Shown here in pieces: positions 16,688 through 28,536 of a DNA stretch of 64,000 bases (position 1 is the stretch's first letter; every line of letters starts with the position of its first letter). The translations under genes were made by a program, and so were the position numbers. The notes under the pieces are model-generated. The model saw only the letters and a list, made by a program, of their open reading frames with translations, was not told where the DNA came from and did not search any database. The stretch comes from Psammoneis japonica (taxonomy: Eukaryota): assembly GCA_008632985.1 (NCBI GenBank), contig QPGO01000205.1, forward strand, positions 1 to 64,000, read 5' to 3'.

Positions 16688-17089
16688 GGTGGAGTCTATC
16701 AACTTTTTATGCAACAATCACAACCCCGAAAAATCTGTTGGTATCTTTTCGCAGTCAATGTCTAAGTGACTGAATTAGTTGCAGGAAATTTCTTGATCCA
16801 ACTTCTATCTGCAGAGCATAGAACAATCTTCCACGAAAGCGTTATCTGATGTCCTATTCCCTGTGCTCAGCCTCACTACTTCCTTCGAGAGCGCTGTTTG
16901 TTGTTGTTGTCGACCTTGATTGGGGTGGCGAAGGCTTCTTTGCATCTCTGAATGCCTTCGTCGCGCGGAGGCACTTCTGGTATGGTCAGTGTGCATTTCT
17001 ACGAGATGGGGGATTCCTCCCTCCAAAATTTAAGAAAAGCTTCAATTACGAATAAATAGCATTCTTCTTTGTGGCTTAGATTTGACGAT

Positions 17090-19080
17090 GACTTTTTCTG
17101 ACAACGGAAAGACCTCAACGGAAAGGCCGCCGCCCATCCGCCATCCAATCAGAAACAACAAGTCAAGTCTCATGTTGTGTGCTCTCGTGTGTTGTGTGCA
17201 ACACCAGTGTCATCATCAAGGGCTGCAAGTGGGCTGGCGCTCAACCGACCAAGCTGATTGTTGGAACAGCTCAAGAGCAAAAGAGAAGGAAATCAGCCCC
17301 TCGTTGTTCCTGCTGCAGCAGCAACTTGGAAGTTTGGGCGGGTGCGCAGGCAGATGGGTGGTTCTCAAAAATGGCAAATTGGTTTGGTTTCTGGGTTGAC
17401 TGGACTTTGCAACAACATTGTGGCTGTGGTCATTTGCAGTTTGCTGGTGGTGTGCACAGAAAGTGCAGCACAGTCCAGGCAAGAGGCGCGCAATGGGCGC
17501 AGGTCCAGGGCGGGGAAGCCGTGCCCCCCCCATCTCCAATGTGTTGTCTCCAAAGCTTCTCTTTTGTTGCGGCACCAGCTTCAGAATTTGATCATTCATT
17601 CGTTCGTTCGCTCGTTCATTTGTTCCAGAGAGAGAGAGAGAGAGAGAGAGATTGGGGCAAAGACAGCAGCCGCACTTCAAAAAACTGTCTTGCCATTGTC
17701 TCAAGACAAGAGTGCATGCAAGTCTCTCAGCAGGAAGCCATGCATGCCTTGTCACCACAAAAAGCTGTGCAAAGGAGCAAGTGTTCAATGTTGTGCCAAC
17801 AGGCAAAAATGAAGGCTTGGTGTTCTGGTTTAAAAGCCTGTGCCAGCACTTCTTGATCTTGCTTGCTGTGCTCCAGGGTTGGATTGCCCACATTTTTTGC
17901 ACCCTCGTCATCCCAGGAGCATGCCATCTGGGGGAGAGAACTTGCTTGAGGTGCATGCTTTGTAGAAAGCAAAAGGGTGTGATGGAGCAAGCGGCAACGA
18001 AAGCAAAAGCAGCATGGCTTCTTGAGCACAAAAGGCAGGAGAAAATTGAGGCCCACTGTCATTTTTGTCTCTTGCACCCACACTGCCTTCCAAGCAATTT
18101 TGCATTCATTGGCACTGGGCCAATGAGTGCTGCACTCCATTTCAACAGCTCCGTTCCACTGCAGCATTGGAGCAAGCCACAAGTGGCTCAAAATGAGAGA
18201 GCAAAGGTGCCAGAATGTCAAGAGACACAGGAAAAGAGCAAGGCTCTTTGCCTCCTTTTCAGAGATTGCCACTTCAGATGACCAACAATCATGCAGACAA
18301 GAGAAGAAAGGTTGCTCTATCTGACTTTGACCTCTGCAGGCTGCAACAAGATCTGTGTCATCCATGACACTAGTTCCAGAGAAGCTCGAAGCCCCGAAGC
18401 TTTGAAAAGGTGTTGGCGCTTCTGCTGCTGGGTCGAAATTGACTGTGCACTTTTTTTAAAACTGAGCACAGAGCCAAAGAGTCATTGAGAACAGAGGGGA
18501 ACAGCAGAAGGAGGCATGGAAGCAGCTGCGGCACTGGAAGAGCAGAATGGTTGCAGATGGCAAACAAGGTTGCAGCCAAGTGTTTGGATGGCCCATTGGG
18601 AAGGAGAAGCAGAACAGTGTGGGCTGCCAGAGCAGTCACTGAAAAGGCGATTCCAGGCAAAATCAGAAGAAGAAAGAAAGGCAGGGGGGAGACGCCGGGG
18701 TGCAGAGGAAGGCAGAAAAGGAAGCATCAGAGCGGCAAAGGTCAGAAGATGAGGACCAGGGAGGCTTGGCTGGGAGCAGGTGGAGGAAAGCAAAGAGCCA
18801 AAGAAAAATTGATGGCCAAAGAAGCCGAGACCACGAGGGATCAATGGCAAGGGAAGAAGGAAGATGCCGTCATTGTTGGGCAAAGCAACAACAAGTGATC
18901 CACAAGCAGCAGAAGAGGTAGAAGGTCCAAGGAACTTCAGTCTCATGCTCAAATGGTGTGCCTCACTTAAAACAGGGGAAGAGGGATTGGGCAGACCAGG
19001 AGGAGGGCGAGAAGGTCAGGAGCTGGTTGGGGAACGGCGACGTTTGCTCCTGAGCGCGCGCATGCGCTCGGCAGGACGCT
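17090..19080. repeat. TpA/CpG-depleted degenerate repeat island B
   Basis: Abrupt loss of TA relative to the flanking genes; CA/TG-rich; no coherent protein. Boundaries approximate. Confidence 0.75.
17627..17650. repeat. (AG)12 microsatellite
   Basis: Direct reading. Confidence 0.95.
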
Positions 19081-19112
19081 GTCAGAGCTCGTAGTCTAGC
19101 TCGTTCGTTGAT

Positions 19113-19481
19113 GTGATCGCAGGTGTCAAGGAACAAAAAACGAGAACAGCATCACATGTTGAACAACAACCAACCCGCTGCAAAGACGCTGCCCTACGAC
19201 ACCATGCTTGTGCCCTCTCCCGTTCTGTTGCCCCGAGAGCTGTTCTCGTCATGGCTCCCCGCGCTCTTGCTGCATCGGGCAAAATGCTCAGCACAAGGGC
19301 TAACAAGCGTCCTTTGGAACCCGAATTTGTCACCTATGATGAAAACTGGGTTGCCCCAATCATCAACCCGATGACACCTCAGGAACTGGAGAAGGAAGCA
19401 GCGGAACTCAAAAGGCTCAAGGCTGAGAAGAAGGCAAAGAAACAGAAGGAAGCCGACACTCGTCATCACATGTGGGAGTAA
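19113..19481 (+). CDS. Small hypothetical protein, possibly mitochondrial-targeted; start uncertain
   Basis: Presequence-like ALSRSVAPRAVLVMAPRALAASGKMLSTR followed by a charged coiled-coil tail; normal base composition. Confidence 0.45.
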   Translation: MIAGVKEQKTRTASHVEQQPTRCKDAALRHHACALSRSVAPRAVLVMAPRALAASGKMLSTRANKRPLEPEFVTYDENWVAPIINPMTPQELEKEAAELKRLKAEKKAKKQKEADTRHHMWE

Positions 19482-19899
19482 GAGATATGAAGCACACTAT
19501 TCACTTTACACGAATCTACATAATCCATATGAAAGAAGAGACGAATTCACATAAACAGCATTCATAGAGGTCCCCAACCTGTTTCAAGGACGAGCGTCTG
19601 AATGGTTGGTATATACTGAATTTGTATACAACAACACGCGAGCACCAACTGAAAAGAGACAGATACCGTCGGCTCTAGGCGTGTTTTCTTCATTTCTAGT
19701 CCAGCGGAGAACCTATATTCAAGATGCAGAATCCATAGTTTATGCACATCTTGACTCGAAGTAGCAACAACAATGATCTGGATAAAAAACTTTGCTTTCG
19801 GACTGTTGCGTACCATTGAGCGAGAAGCCATCTATTCCAATTGAATTCCAGCGAGAAGTAGATCCCCTCTGCCACCCACCCACCCCAAAGTTGCGTACT

Positions 19900-21580
19900 C
19901 TAGCGGAGCTCAGCGACAGGCGATTCTTCTTGCCACAAGTCATGTAGAAAGGTGAAAAGATCGTTTGACACAGATACTTTGTAGGGACTCGGTTGATGTA
20001 GCGCAAAATGTCCGGTCGAATGTACTGCAGCTGCGTAGTGACATATTCCCTGCTCTTGACAAGCTGTGGTGGATCAACCATCACTCCCTTTTCCTTATCA
20101 TAACGAGTTCATGAAGTTCCACAACGCGAGATGCCGTGACGGCGGCCCGCTTTCGTTCGATAAAGGGGTGACGACACAAGAGTCTCTTTCCAGCCCGTGG
20201 CTCGTTTTCGTCAATCCCAATCATAACGTCCAGCAAAGGCAAGCCCGCTTCTCCATAAAGACGAAACGCGCGTTTCTGACCAGGAATCAGAACCTTGGAA
20301 ATGTCTTGACTCAACTTGATGCGTGGCGTGCCTTGTGTCTCGACTAGTTTGTAGACACAACCTAGGGCTGGCTGTGCCTGACATGTGACAAGGTTGGTTC
20401 CAATACCAAAGACAGTACGGCATGGCCCTCCTTGTTGAGTGAATGTAAACGCTTTCGTTGATATCATTGCTCGCAACGATATCCAACTCGTGAAAGAACG
20501 CTTTGTCGTGGGTGGATGCCATTTGCTTGAAGAAACGCGCGCATTCCAAAGACAGATACGCCAAGTCACCACTATCTAGCCGAATGCCGCGAGGCGTATG
20601 CCCCAAGTCATCTAGAACCATTGCCACCACGCAAAAGTTCAGTAGCCCGCTCTTTAGCGTTTCGTATGTGTCAATCAAACAGAGGAAGGCGTCCGGGAAG
20701 GCAGAAGCGTACGCAATGAAGGCTGCCAACTCTCCATCGTTGCTGGTGACAAAATCACCACCCAAAACATCTTGGCGGTACCGCAACACGTGATCGACAA
20801 TTCTTTCTTCATCTCCCGTGTTCTTGTTGACTACCGTGAGATGCTCAACTTCGTCCAAGGAAACGTAGGATTGCACGAAGGAGTGAGCATGCGTTCCAAC
20901 AATTGGCAAACCGAGCAACTTGCCCGCTTGAACGTTGGACGTCCCATCGAATCCCCCAACAAAGCTATACTTGGACGCAGAAAAGCCTCCATCAGGTCCT
21001 TGTGCACGGCGCAATCCAAACTCGATGCACTTTGGGATCTTGGCGCATTGTGCCAATGAATTCGTGTCTTCGGCATCGTCGGGTCGACTCACTTTCCTCC
21101 CAGCTGCAAGGACCATTCGCGAAGCATTTGTTGCAACCAAGGACGGGTAGTTTACAAGAGTAAGAGCGTAGTTTCCAGCAATTGCGCAATGCCCAAAGGT
21201 CCAGTCACCACAATGAGAGGCACACGAGGAAACACTACGGTTCCTTCTCGCATTGCGTGAACGGTTATATCCTTGCAATCCAGCGCCGCCAAATATTCAA
21301 AGAAACCCGCATCACAATGGCTCAACGTTGGAGTCGCCTTTAAAAAGTCAATATCGTCTTTGGAAAACTTAAAGTTATCCAAGTGTTTCAGAACCTCGTC
21401 GAGGCCACAGAAAATCGTGTATTCGCCCCCAAAGGGATTCTTTCGAAAGAAGAGTTCAAACGTCGCTTGATCGCCGTGGCGATTGTTTTTCCACTGAGCG
21501 TACGTCATTGTAAGTTGATAGACATCCGTCAAGAGCGGCGTTACCAAACTGTTGGTGGGAGGAGGCATGGAACTAGACAT
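19900..21580 (-). CDS. NAPRT: Nicotinate phosphoribosyltransferase (five apparent 1-nt deletions)
   Basis: Motifs LLTDVYQLTM, FELFFRK, EFGLRRAQG, GTHAHS, LIDTY, GIRLDSGDL, GIGTNLVTC and YKLVE. A full protein is recovered with single-base corrections near 21161, 20447, 20416, 20102 and 19991. Confidence 0.9.
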
Positions 21581-22079
21581 AATGATATCGTGGAGACAGC
21601 GCTCGGGTAATACTTGGTACTCTCCGCAAGATACGGTACAACTCACTTTCTAGCGCGATGCTACCAGCAAAACGGCAGAGAAGAAAGGAGAAAGAGCAAC
21701 AAGCTTTGTCACCTCTCGGCCAATTCGGTGTCGAAGGCATCCGTACCGGTATCCATCAACAGCGAGCAGACAAGCGCGCGCGCACGTCTCGCTCGAAGAA
21801 TCTTGGATCTTTGATTCGTTCATATTCATACCGGTAGTAGCTTTCAGTCGGCAAAACCACAGCATGCTGTAGCGCTTGGTACAAAATTACGTACGTACTT
21901 CACCGTGTTAAAAAATGGCAACCACGGCGAAAGCACGAAGGAAAGAGACAATCTATTGTCTGCCCTGTTTAACACTGGGACGTATCTTGACTATACAAAC
22001 TGATTGAATAGACATACTCGACAACATGCAATGATCTTCTACCGAAGGAATCTACTTTATAAGCCATTTAGAGTTTCAC

Positions 22080-23950
22080 AAAGTGCCACCAGTTGATTGC
22101 CAGAGAGTGGCGATTTGCGCGGCAATTTGGCGAGCGATTCACTGCACTTTGCCGTGGTAAAAAAAGGATTGTCCAAAATTTTCGATTTAACATCTCTACC
22201 AGTAGAGCGAAAGTTTTGAGTTGCACAAACTTTTCATGTGTCGAGCAACAGCTGCACAACGTCAAACCGCTTGCACTGCTCATGTGGACGTTCTCCACCC
22301 CTCAAACTTTTCACCGTGCTTTCATCACGTGATTTTGATTTACAACACGGTGAAGTGTTGACGTAGAATTCTACGTAGTTTGTGTGCGGCATGCGCTGTG
22401 GTTTGGCCTTTTTCTGAAAACTGAAAGGGTTTGTCGCGTGGTTTGCCGGCGCACTGCCATGGGCGGGGAGCTGACCCATGCGTGAACTTGAAACTGGGGT
22501 GCGAACAAAACGGTCTGCACCATCATGTGTTTTGCCCTCTGCTTTCTGGGGCCAGCAGCCAGCGAGCTGTGGTGGACAGCCTTTTCAACAAGCTGGAGCT
22601 GCCTGGGGGGTGCCGCCACCTCTGGTGCGCTGCCAGCAAGAAAGCTTGTGCTCTGGCCTGGAGCAGGTTGGGGGGAGAACAAGGTGCAGCTTTGCGCGCA
22701 CCTGCAGCAGAAGAGACTGAGCACACTGGGCCTGGCTGCACTTTGAAAATGAGACCCAAGCTGTGATGGTCTCCTGTTTGGGGCTTCCCCCCCAAGCAAC
22801 AAAACAAAAAGAGCCAACACAGGCAAGCAAGCAGCCAGAGCAAAAGATGCTGCTGGCAAAGAACAAAGAACAATCGCTGTGCCAACAGAGGGGCTGGCAA
22901 GCTCCAGCTCTGGGCACGGGGCTGCATCTGACACTGGGGGCTGCAGAATTCCATGTGTGAGCTCTGCAACAAAACAACCCAGCAATGAATGCGAAATGAC
23001 CTCCAGCAGAAAAAGAGACAACAATTTGGTGAATGGTGCATGAACTCCCCTGCATTTGAACAGGCTTGTTCCAGCTCCAGGTGACCCGCTTTTCATCATG
23101 CAAGAGGCCAGCTTTCTGTGCAGTTCAATGCACTGAACTTCTTCAATTTTGATCGTTTCGAAAATCGAAAGAGGCAAGCGTGCACCCGAAAAGAACACAT
23201 GTGAAGTGTCGCTTGCCCTTCGATTTGGCAAAAAATGGATTTTGAAAAAGTTCAATGTGACAAATGCACAAATTGCCAAACAATGGGAGCTGAACCCACG
23301 CAGATCACCTGGAGCTGGAACAGGCCAACAAGCACATCATTTCTGGTTTGCCTGGGTGTTTTCTCTTCAGACATCATTGAAAGAAATGCCCAGCAGCAGC
23401 AGCCTGTTTTTGCTCTCACAAATGTGCAAAAAAAAACAGGGGAGCCTTTGGCCTCACAAAACAGAAAGTGTGTGTGGAGCAATTTTGTTGAAGATTTTGT
23501 GCAGATGCGCACGCACAACATGCTGCACATGACAAAAAACGTGTGTGTCACAGCGCGACAGCACAAAATCTCACACAGAGCCAAAGCGTGGCTGTTGTGC
23601 TGTGTGTGCTGTGTGTGCTGTGTGCCAAACAAAGCTCCTGGGGGCAGGATGCAGAAACAAAAGTTTTTTGCCATGCACCAAGAAGTGGTTGGCTTGTTTT
23701 TGTCACATGTGTTTTTTTTTGCTGTGTTCTTTGCGGTTTGGACCCATTTTTGTTTTTTCGAGCGACGGTTCGGCCATTGAGGGCACAGAAAGCAGACCGA
23801 ACAAATGGCCGACGTGTGAAGTGGCAAAAAGGCCTCACATCAACGACGTCGAGCGAGGATGTGACACACGTACACACGCTCAGGACGACGGCAGGATGTG
23901 ACGGTCGGTCATGCCTTGTCTTTTTTCAAAGAGCGCACGAAAGTCTTGGA
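22080..23950. repeat. TpA-depleted degenerate repeat island C
   Basis: Composition shift; internal 22-bp inverted repeat at 23063-23084 / 23305-23326. Boundaries approximate. Confidence 0.7.
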
Positions 23951-24659
23951 ACATTCCGAAGGGCAATTTCTCATAGGCCCCCGTTATCGTGTTTTTTGTC
24001 TTCCCCATAAGATTGGCAAGATTCCAAATGTCAGAGACAATTATAAAAATTCAGGTCCATCGGGATCTCACTTCCTGAGAATGACCTTCGCATAAATGTT
24101 AATCAATATTTGTTCGATTACTTATTCAGACGTTAAATAAATTGGAGTCTTTCCTAACACTAATAATTATTCATCAGTGCCAGGTCGGCCTTTCGGATTG
24201 TCTTTTTAGCAAAAAAGTGGCCCTTCAGGTAGACATCCGTGAATCACAACATTGATACAAATGACCCGTGCATAAATAGTTTTGTGTTTGCGTCCGTTGG
24301 GTCATTGCGAACTCTATAATAATTTGGCCTCATCTGCTAATAGTCATTGAGGAGTCTTCGTTACGAAAGTCATAATGACCTTCTTCGATAATGCCCGTGC
24401 GAATTCTCTAAGTAAATGTCTTGCTTACTGAGTCGTGAGGTTGAATTCTTCTCCGTTGATCATCGTATGATTCTACACAAGTCAAGATGCGCGCAATTTT
24501 TTAGATGACCCTTCGAGAAGGCGCGATTTCGATTCCTGACACGAAACACAACCAACGCGTTTTTTCTCACATCACTTCACAAAAACACTGTTCCTTCTTG
24601 GTCACTCCTTCCCATTTGACGCCACTGTGCTTCTTTCAAGTCGTGGCTCACAACACCCC

Positions 24660-25421
24660 ATGAACAAACCTTCCATTTTGCAATCATTGAACACTTCAGC
24701 CATTGTCAACAACATGTGTCCATCGCTGCAAGCACTCAAGACCCTTCCTCTCGAGGCGCCGGTGATCAAGAAAAGGGTTCGATTCGCTGAGAATCTCGAG
24801 CACGTGAAGTTCGTTGATCGACTCACCGAACAGGAAAAGGCCCAAAGCTACTACACTCCAAGAGAACTCAAGATGTGTCAACTGACAAGACGTGAAAGCG
24901 TCGTCGCAGCAAGAACAGATCTCTTCGACGAAAGGTTTCACTGCTTACGGGGGATCGAGCAGTTTGCATCATGCCACATTCAATCCAGACTCCAATCAGA
25001 AAAGAAGATGCTATACGACCTAATTCTTACCGAACAGAAGCGTCAAAAGCTGGCAGGCATAAGAGACGAAGAGGCCATTCGGGAGCTCTCCAAGATGTGC
25101 TCTGTCTATGCAAGAAACAGAGCGCTTGAAGCCGGTGCACACGATGAAGCCTTTGCTGAGAAGCATTCGCGTCACTTCCACCACAAGAGAAAGCGTTGCA
25201 ACTCAATGGCCTCTCTACCGAGCTACCATCACATCATGAAACAAGCTCTTGCGGTCCTCCCTCCAGCATCCCCAATGTTGAGTAAGAATATGCTCCAAGA
25301 AGTGATACCCTTTGACGGAATACTGCAGAGACACATTGAAGATCTTTCTCGTCCGTTGAAGCGAAGCCGTTTACAATATTTGGATCCAAGAATACCACGA
25401 AGAAGAACGCTTTCTGTATAG
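24660..25421 (+). CDS. Hypothetical protein of the diatom 'RVRF...RG(L/I)E' type
   Basis: Open frame with KKRVRF (possible PP1-docking RVxF), SYYTPRE and CLRGIE; normal composition. Start uncertain. Confidence 0.7.
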   Translation: MNKPSILQSLNTSAIVNNMCPSLQALKTLPLEAPVIKKRVRFAENLEHVKFVDRLTEQEKAQSYYTPRELKMCQLTRRESVVAARTDLFDERFHCLRGIEQFASCHIQSRLQSEKKMLYDLILTEQKRQKLAGIRDEEAIRELSKMCSVYARNRALEAGAHDEAFAEKHSRHFHHKRKRCNSMASLPSYHHIMKQALAVLPPASPMLSKNMLQEVIPFDGILQRHIEDLSRPLKRSRLQYLDPRIPRRRTLSV

Positions 25422-25848
25422 TGGTACTTAATAATACATAGTTTTTGGATTGCTACAATAATCCATAGTCTTTCAATGAACTACAAACAACTAAAGATGG
25501 TCGATCATGGTGCATAGCTTTCCTCGCATCCTTCAAGAGTACGGCAGCGATTTGTGTGGTCCTTCTTGCAGATGGGCCTTGGCAAGTCATACCAAATCAC
25601 AATTCATGTGTTCATAAGACTAAGAACTAAGTTCAATATGTAACAATTCCTGTTTAGTAGAATTTCTGTGTCCTCTTTTCGCTGGATTCTCTGGTCAATT
25701 CTGTCACCTTTAGTGTTCGGAGTGCATAGTGAGTGCCTTCTCATCCGCTGTGTAAGGATTTTAAGGCCTGTAGTATATCACCTAGAGGCATTGACTACGT
25801 TACCTTGCAGCTAAGGATGCATGGGCCTTTCTCTCAAATGATTGACCT

Positions 25849-25899
25849 CTATCTAAAGAGTGAGCCTGTTTAAAGAGTGAGCCTATCTAAAGAGTGAGT
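25849..25899. repeat. 17-bp tandem repeat x3 (ctatctaaagagtgagc)
   Basis: Direct reading; units differ at 1-2 positions. Confidence 0.85.
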
Positions 25900-26124
25900 C
25901 TTTCCGTTTTGTCTTGGATTACCTACTGGGCATGGCTCTTGACTGTATGAGAAATTGTTCAATCAGGCTGCATCCTTGCTAGTGTCGGATAACGTCGGCT
26001 TACCACGCAGTGTATTTCAGTGAAAAGCAAGGTAGGTGCTACTTCGACAAAGGCAAATCTGGTCCTGTCTCTAGTCTGCTACCTAACAAATTTTGACACG
26101 TTTAGGAATCAATCTTGGGAAGAC

Positions 26125-26829
26125 TCAAGGGTAGCAAAGCTTCGGCGTACGGGACAGTCCACTTCTCGAAGGTCTAGACCGATGACTAGGATCAACAACA
26201 AAGATCTGCTTTGTGGGAGCAAGTCTTGATAGACTTTCACTAGGTTGTAGAGAAACCAACACTATGTAGCCCTCCTCTAGCAAAAGGATCTTGCATGCTT
26301 CGAAACTTCCAGCTTCCCAAAAGAAAACTATCATTCCATAGTGGTAGCTTTGTATACTGTTCGACCAAGCATGTACCAAACACAAACATAGGATGGAACA
26401 GTGCATGTCAACAACCACGAGCCATTTTTCTTTGCAATGGAATAGTAGCTGCGGAAAAGAGCCACAACCATCCAATCCTGGCGGCTTGTCCTGCATCCAC
26501 AAAGGTTGCATACAAGTACATGCTTCCAAAAAGGGTACCAACTGTTCCGTCAAATTGACAACTCCTCGTGTGGCGGCCAAGCCCACCAAGTTTTCTGTTC
26601 CGTACTTGATTGTTTCAACGGAAGATATTATCGTTTCTTCTTCGTCGGTCTTCTTGTTGTCACGATACTCTCTTGTCAATCGCTCGTGTTCTGTAAAGCC
26701 AGTATAGGACTGTACCCAAAAGAAGGCGTTGAGCAAACAAATGGCAGCGACGGAAACGAGCGCGACAGTAACGTAGTCTTGGCGAGTCGTAGGTCGTAGC
26801 TGGACCTTGATTGGGGATTTCAGTTCCAT
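26125..26829 (-). CDS. Hypothetical type II membrane protein; 3' structure uncertain
   Basis: Start MELKSPIK..., TM segment YVTVALVSVAAICLLNAFFWV; the distal part may be intronic or non-coding. Confidence 0.45.
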   Translation of the reverse strand: MELKSPIKVQLRPTTRQDYVTVALVSVAAICLLNAFFWVQSYTGFTEHERLTREYRDNKKTDEEETIISSVETIKYGTENLVGLAATRGVVNLTEQLVPFLEACTCMQPLWMQDKPPGLDGCGSFPQLLFHCKEKWLVVVDMHCSILCLCLVHAWSNSIQSYHYGMIVFFWEAGSFEACKILLLEEGYIVLVSLQPSESLSRLAPTKQIFVVDPSHRSRPSRSGLSRTPKLCYP

Positions 26830-27190
26830 GATATCACTACCATGAGTGCTAGACTGGCGATACTGAAATAGACGGCTGCAAGAGCCAAATCTTTCATTCC
26901 AATCATGATAGTGTAATGCAATCACGAGATCAAGACTATCGCCACAAAAGATACAAGCCAGCAATCAATCGGGACTGTTTCCCGCGCGTCTGATCCCTGA
27001 TCCATTGAAGGCGGCGCGAGCCTTGAGCTTTGCTTCACTATGAGTGAAAGTCCGGTAGGCGTAAGTTATGATAAGGTAGAGCGCCTTTGTACTGTGTGTA
27101 CCAATAAAAGGTCATATACTATATGACTTACAAAAGCACAATGATTTCCAGACTATCATGTTATTCTGCTACAAGCTAGATATACTGTAT

Positions 27191-27882
27191 CTAAGCCGCA
27201 AGCTCCACAGCCTTGACAGGATCATTCTTGAGAAGAATAAAGACATCCCGCATACGCTTGACATCAGCCCCCTCTTCCACAGTTTCATGCTGAAGCTCCA
27301 CCATTTTGCAAACACGCTGCCACGAGTTGTCATTCTCCAAATCGGCTTCAATCGCCTCGAGCTTTTCCTGCTCATCGGCTCGGTTCTTGGCCATTTTCTG
27401 CTCCCGCTTTTGGTCACGCTGCGCATGAAAGGTCTCCATATCGGCACGAGCCGCCTCGACGAATTCTGCCTTTTTGGCATTCTCCGCATCCTTGCGCTCC
27501 TTGAGAACCTCCTGCCACTCCTCGTTCCAAATCTGCATCGGAGACGGACCCGACGGAACGGGCGGCTCTTCCAAAACAAGCGCAGCTTCCTCTTGCGGTT
27601 CTTCTACAGGAACAGGCGGAGCTTCGCCTAGAACAATAGGAGCACCATCGTCCATGGGAGGCTCCATGCTGGGAACAGCAGCAGCTTCGGTCGTTTCATC
27701 GACATTGCCCAAAAACGCATCCTCGTCCGCCGCTGCAGCGGGTGCGGCAAAGTCTTGTGCAAAGTCATCGACCGGTGGAGCGGCAAAATCACCTGGTGGA
27801 GCTCTCCTCCAAGAATAATTGTTGGTGCTTCCGCCGGTGGAGCTTCTTCGGGTGGTGCTGCAAAGGGGTCTTCGTCCGCCAT
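27191..27882 (-). CDS. Clathrin light chain (one apparent indel near 27805)
   Basis: Acidic Pro/Ala-rich N-terminus MADEDPFAAPP, central helix WNEEWQEVLKERKDAE...KNRADE, C-terminal NSWQRVCKMV...DVKRMRDVFILLK. Confidence 0.85.
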
Positions 27883-28536
27883 GGTGGTTGGTTAGTTCGT
27901 GTGTGCTGTGTGTGGAGCGTGGAAAATGACCGGTCTTGGTACTGACGTGCGCAGAATTTTACGTGTCGGCGGTATCTTCGAAGCGCGACGAAGGCGGTGA
28001 GGACTCAACGGATCCGATATAACGGTCGAAACCGTCGAAAGCGGAGTCTCACCCAAAACAATGCGTGAAGAAAGATTCCAGATTCCATATCTCCAGTGCG
28101 GAATCTTTTTCTCATTATTTCAGTTTTTCGGAGCTAGCAGTTCTTCATTGCAAATATGCGATGAATGGTATGCTAACGGTTACGCCATGATGAATTCTGT
28201 TCATAGGTCACCCCATGTAGACGGTGTATGCCGTCTAAGCATCTGGCAAGTTGAAAGTGATTTCGGGTGAAATCAGCATGCGAACCCACCGTGCAAGGAA
28301 TGCCGCGATGCTGAGTCCGGACAACTCGTGAACGAAAACGCGAACGCCCAAAGAGGCAATCTCGATCGCGTTCTTTCTTCCCCAATCAATCCCAAACACT
28401 GAAAAAAAATGAATCTGTTAGAGATCACAATGTCTTAATCCTTGCTCGTTGGTCGAAATACTAAACAGCAACAACATCATAACAACAAGGTTCTACGGAA
28501 GAAGTGCATTTGCGCTTATCATCATCTCTGAATCCA

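Noticed and set aside
19900..21580. Programmed frameshifting or RNA editing in NAPRT
   Set aside because: No consistent slippery motif; the pattern fits assembly indels.
25849..25899. CRISPR-like array
   Set aside because: Three adjacent 17-bp units without spacers in a eukaryotic context; a simple minisatellite.
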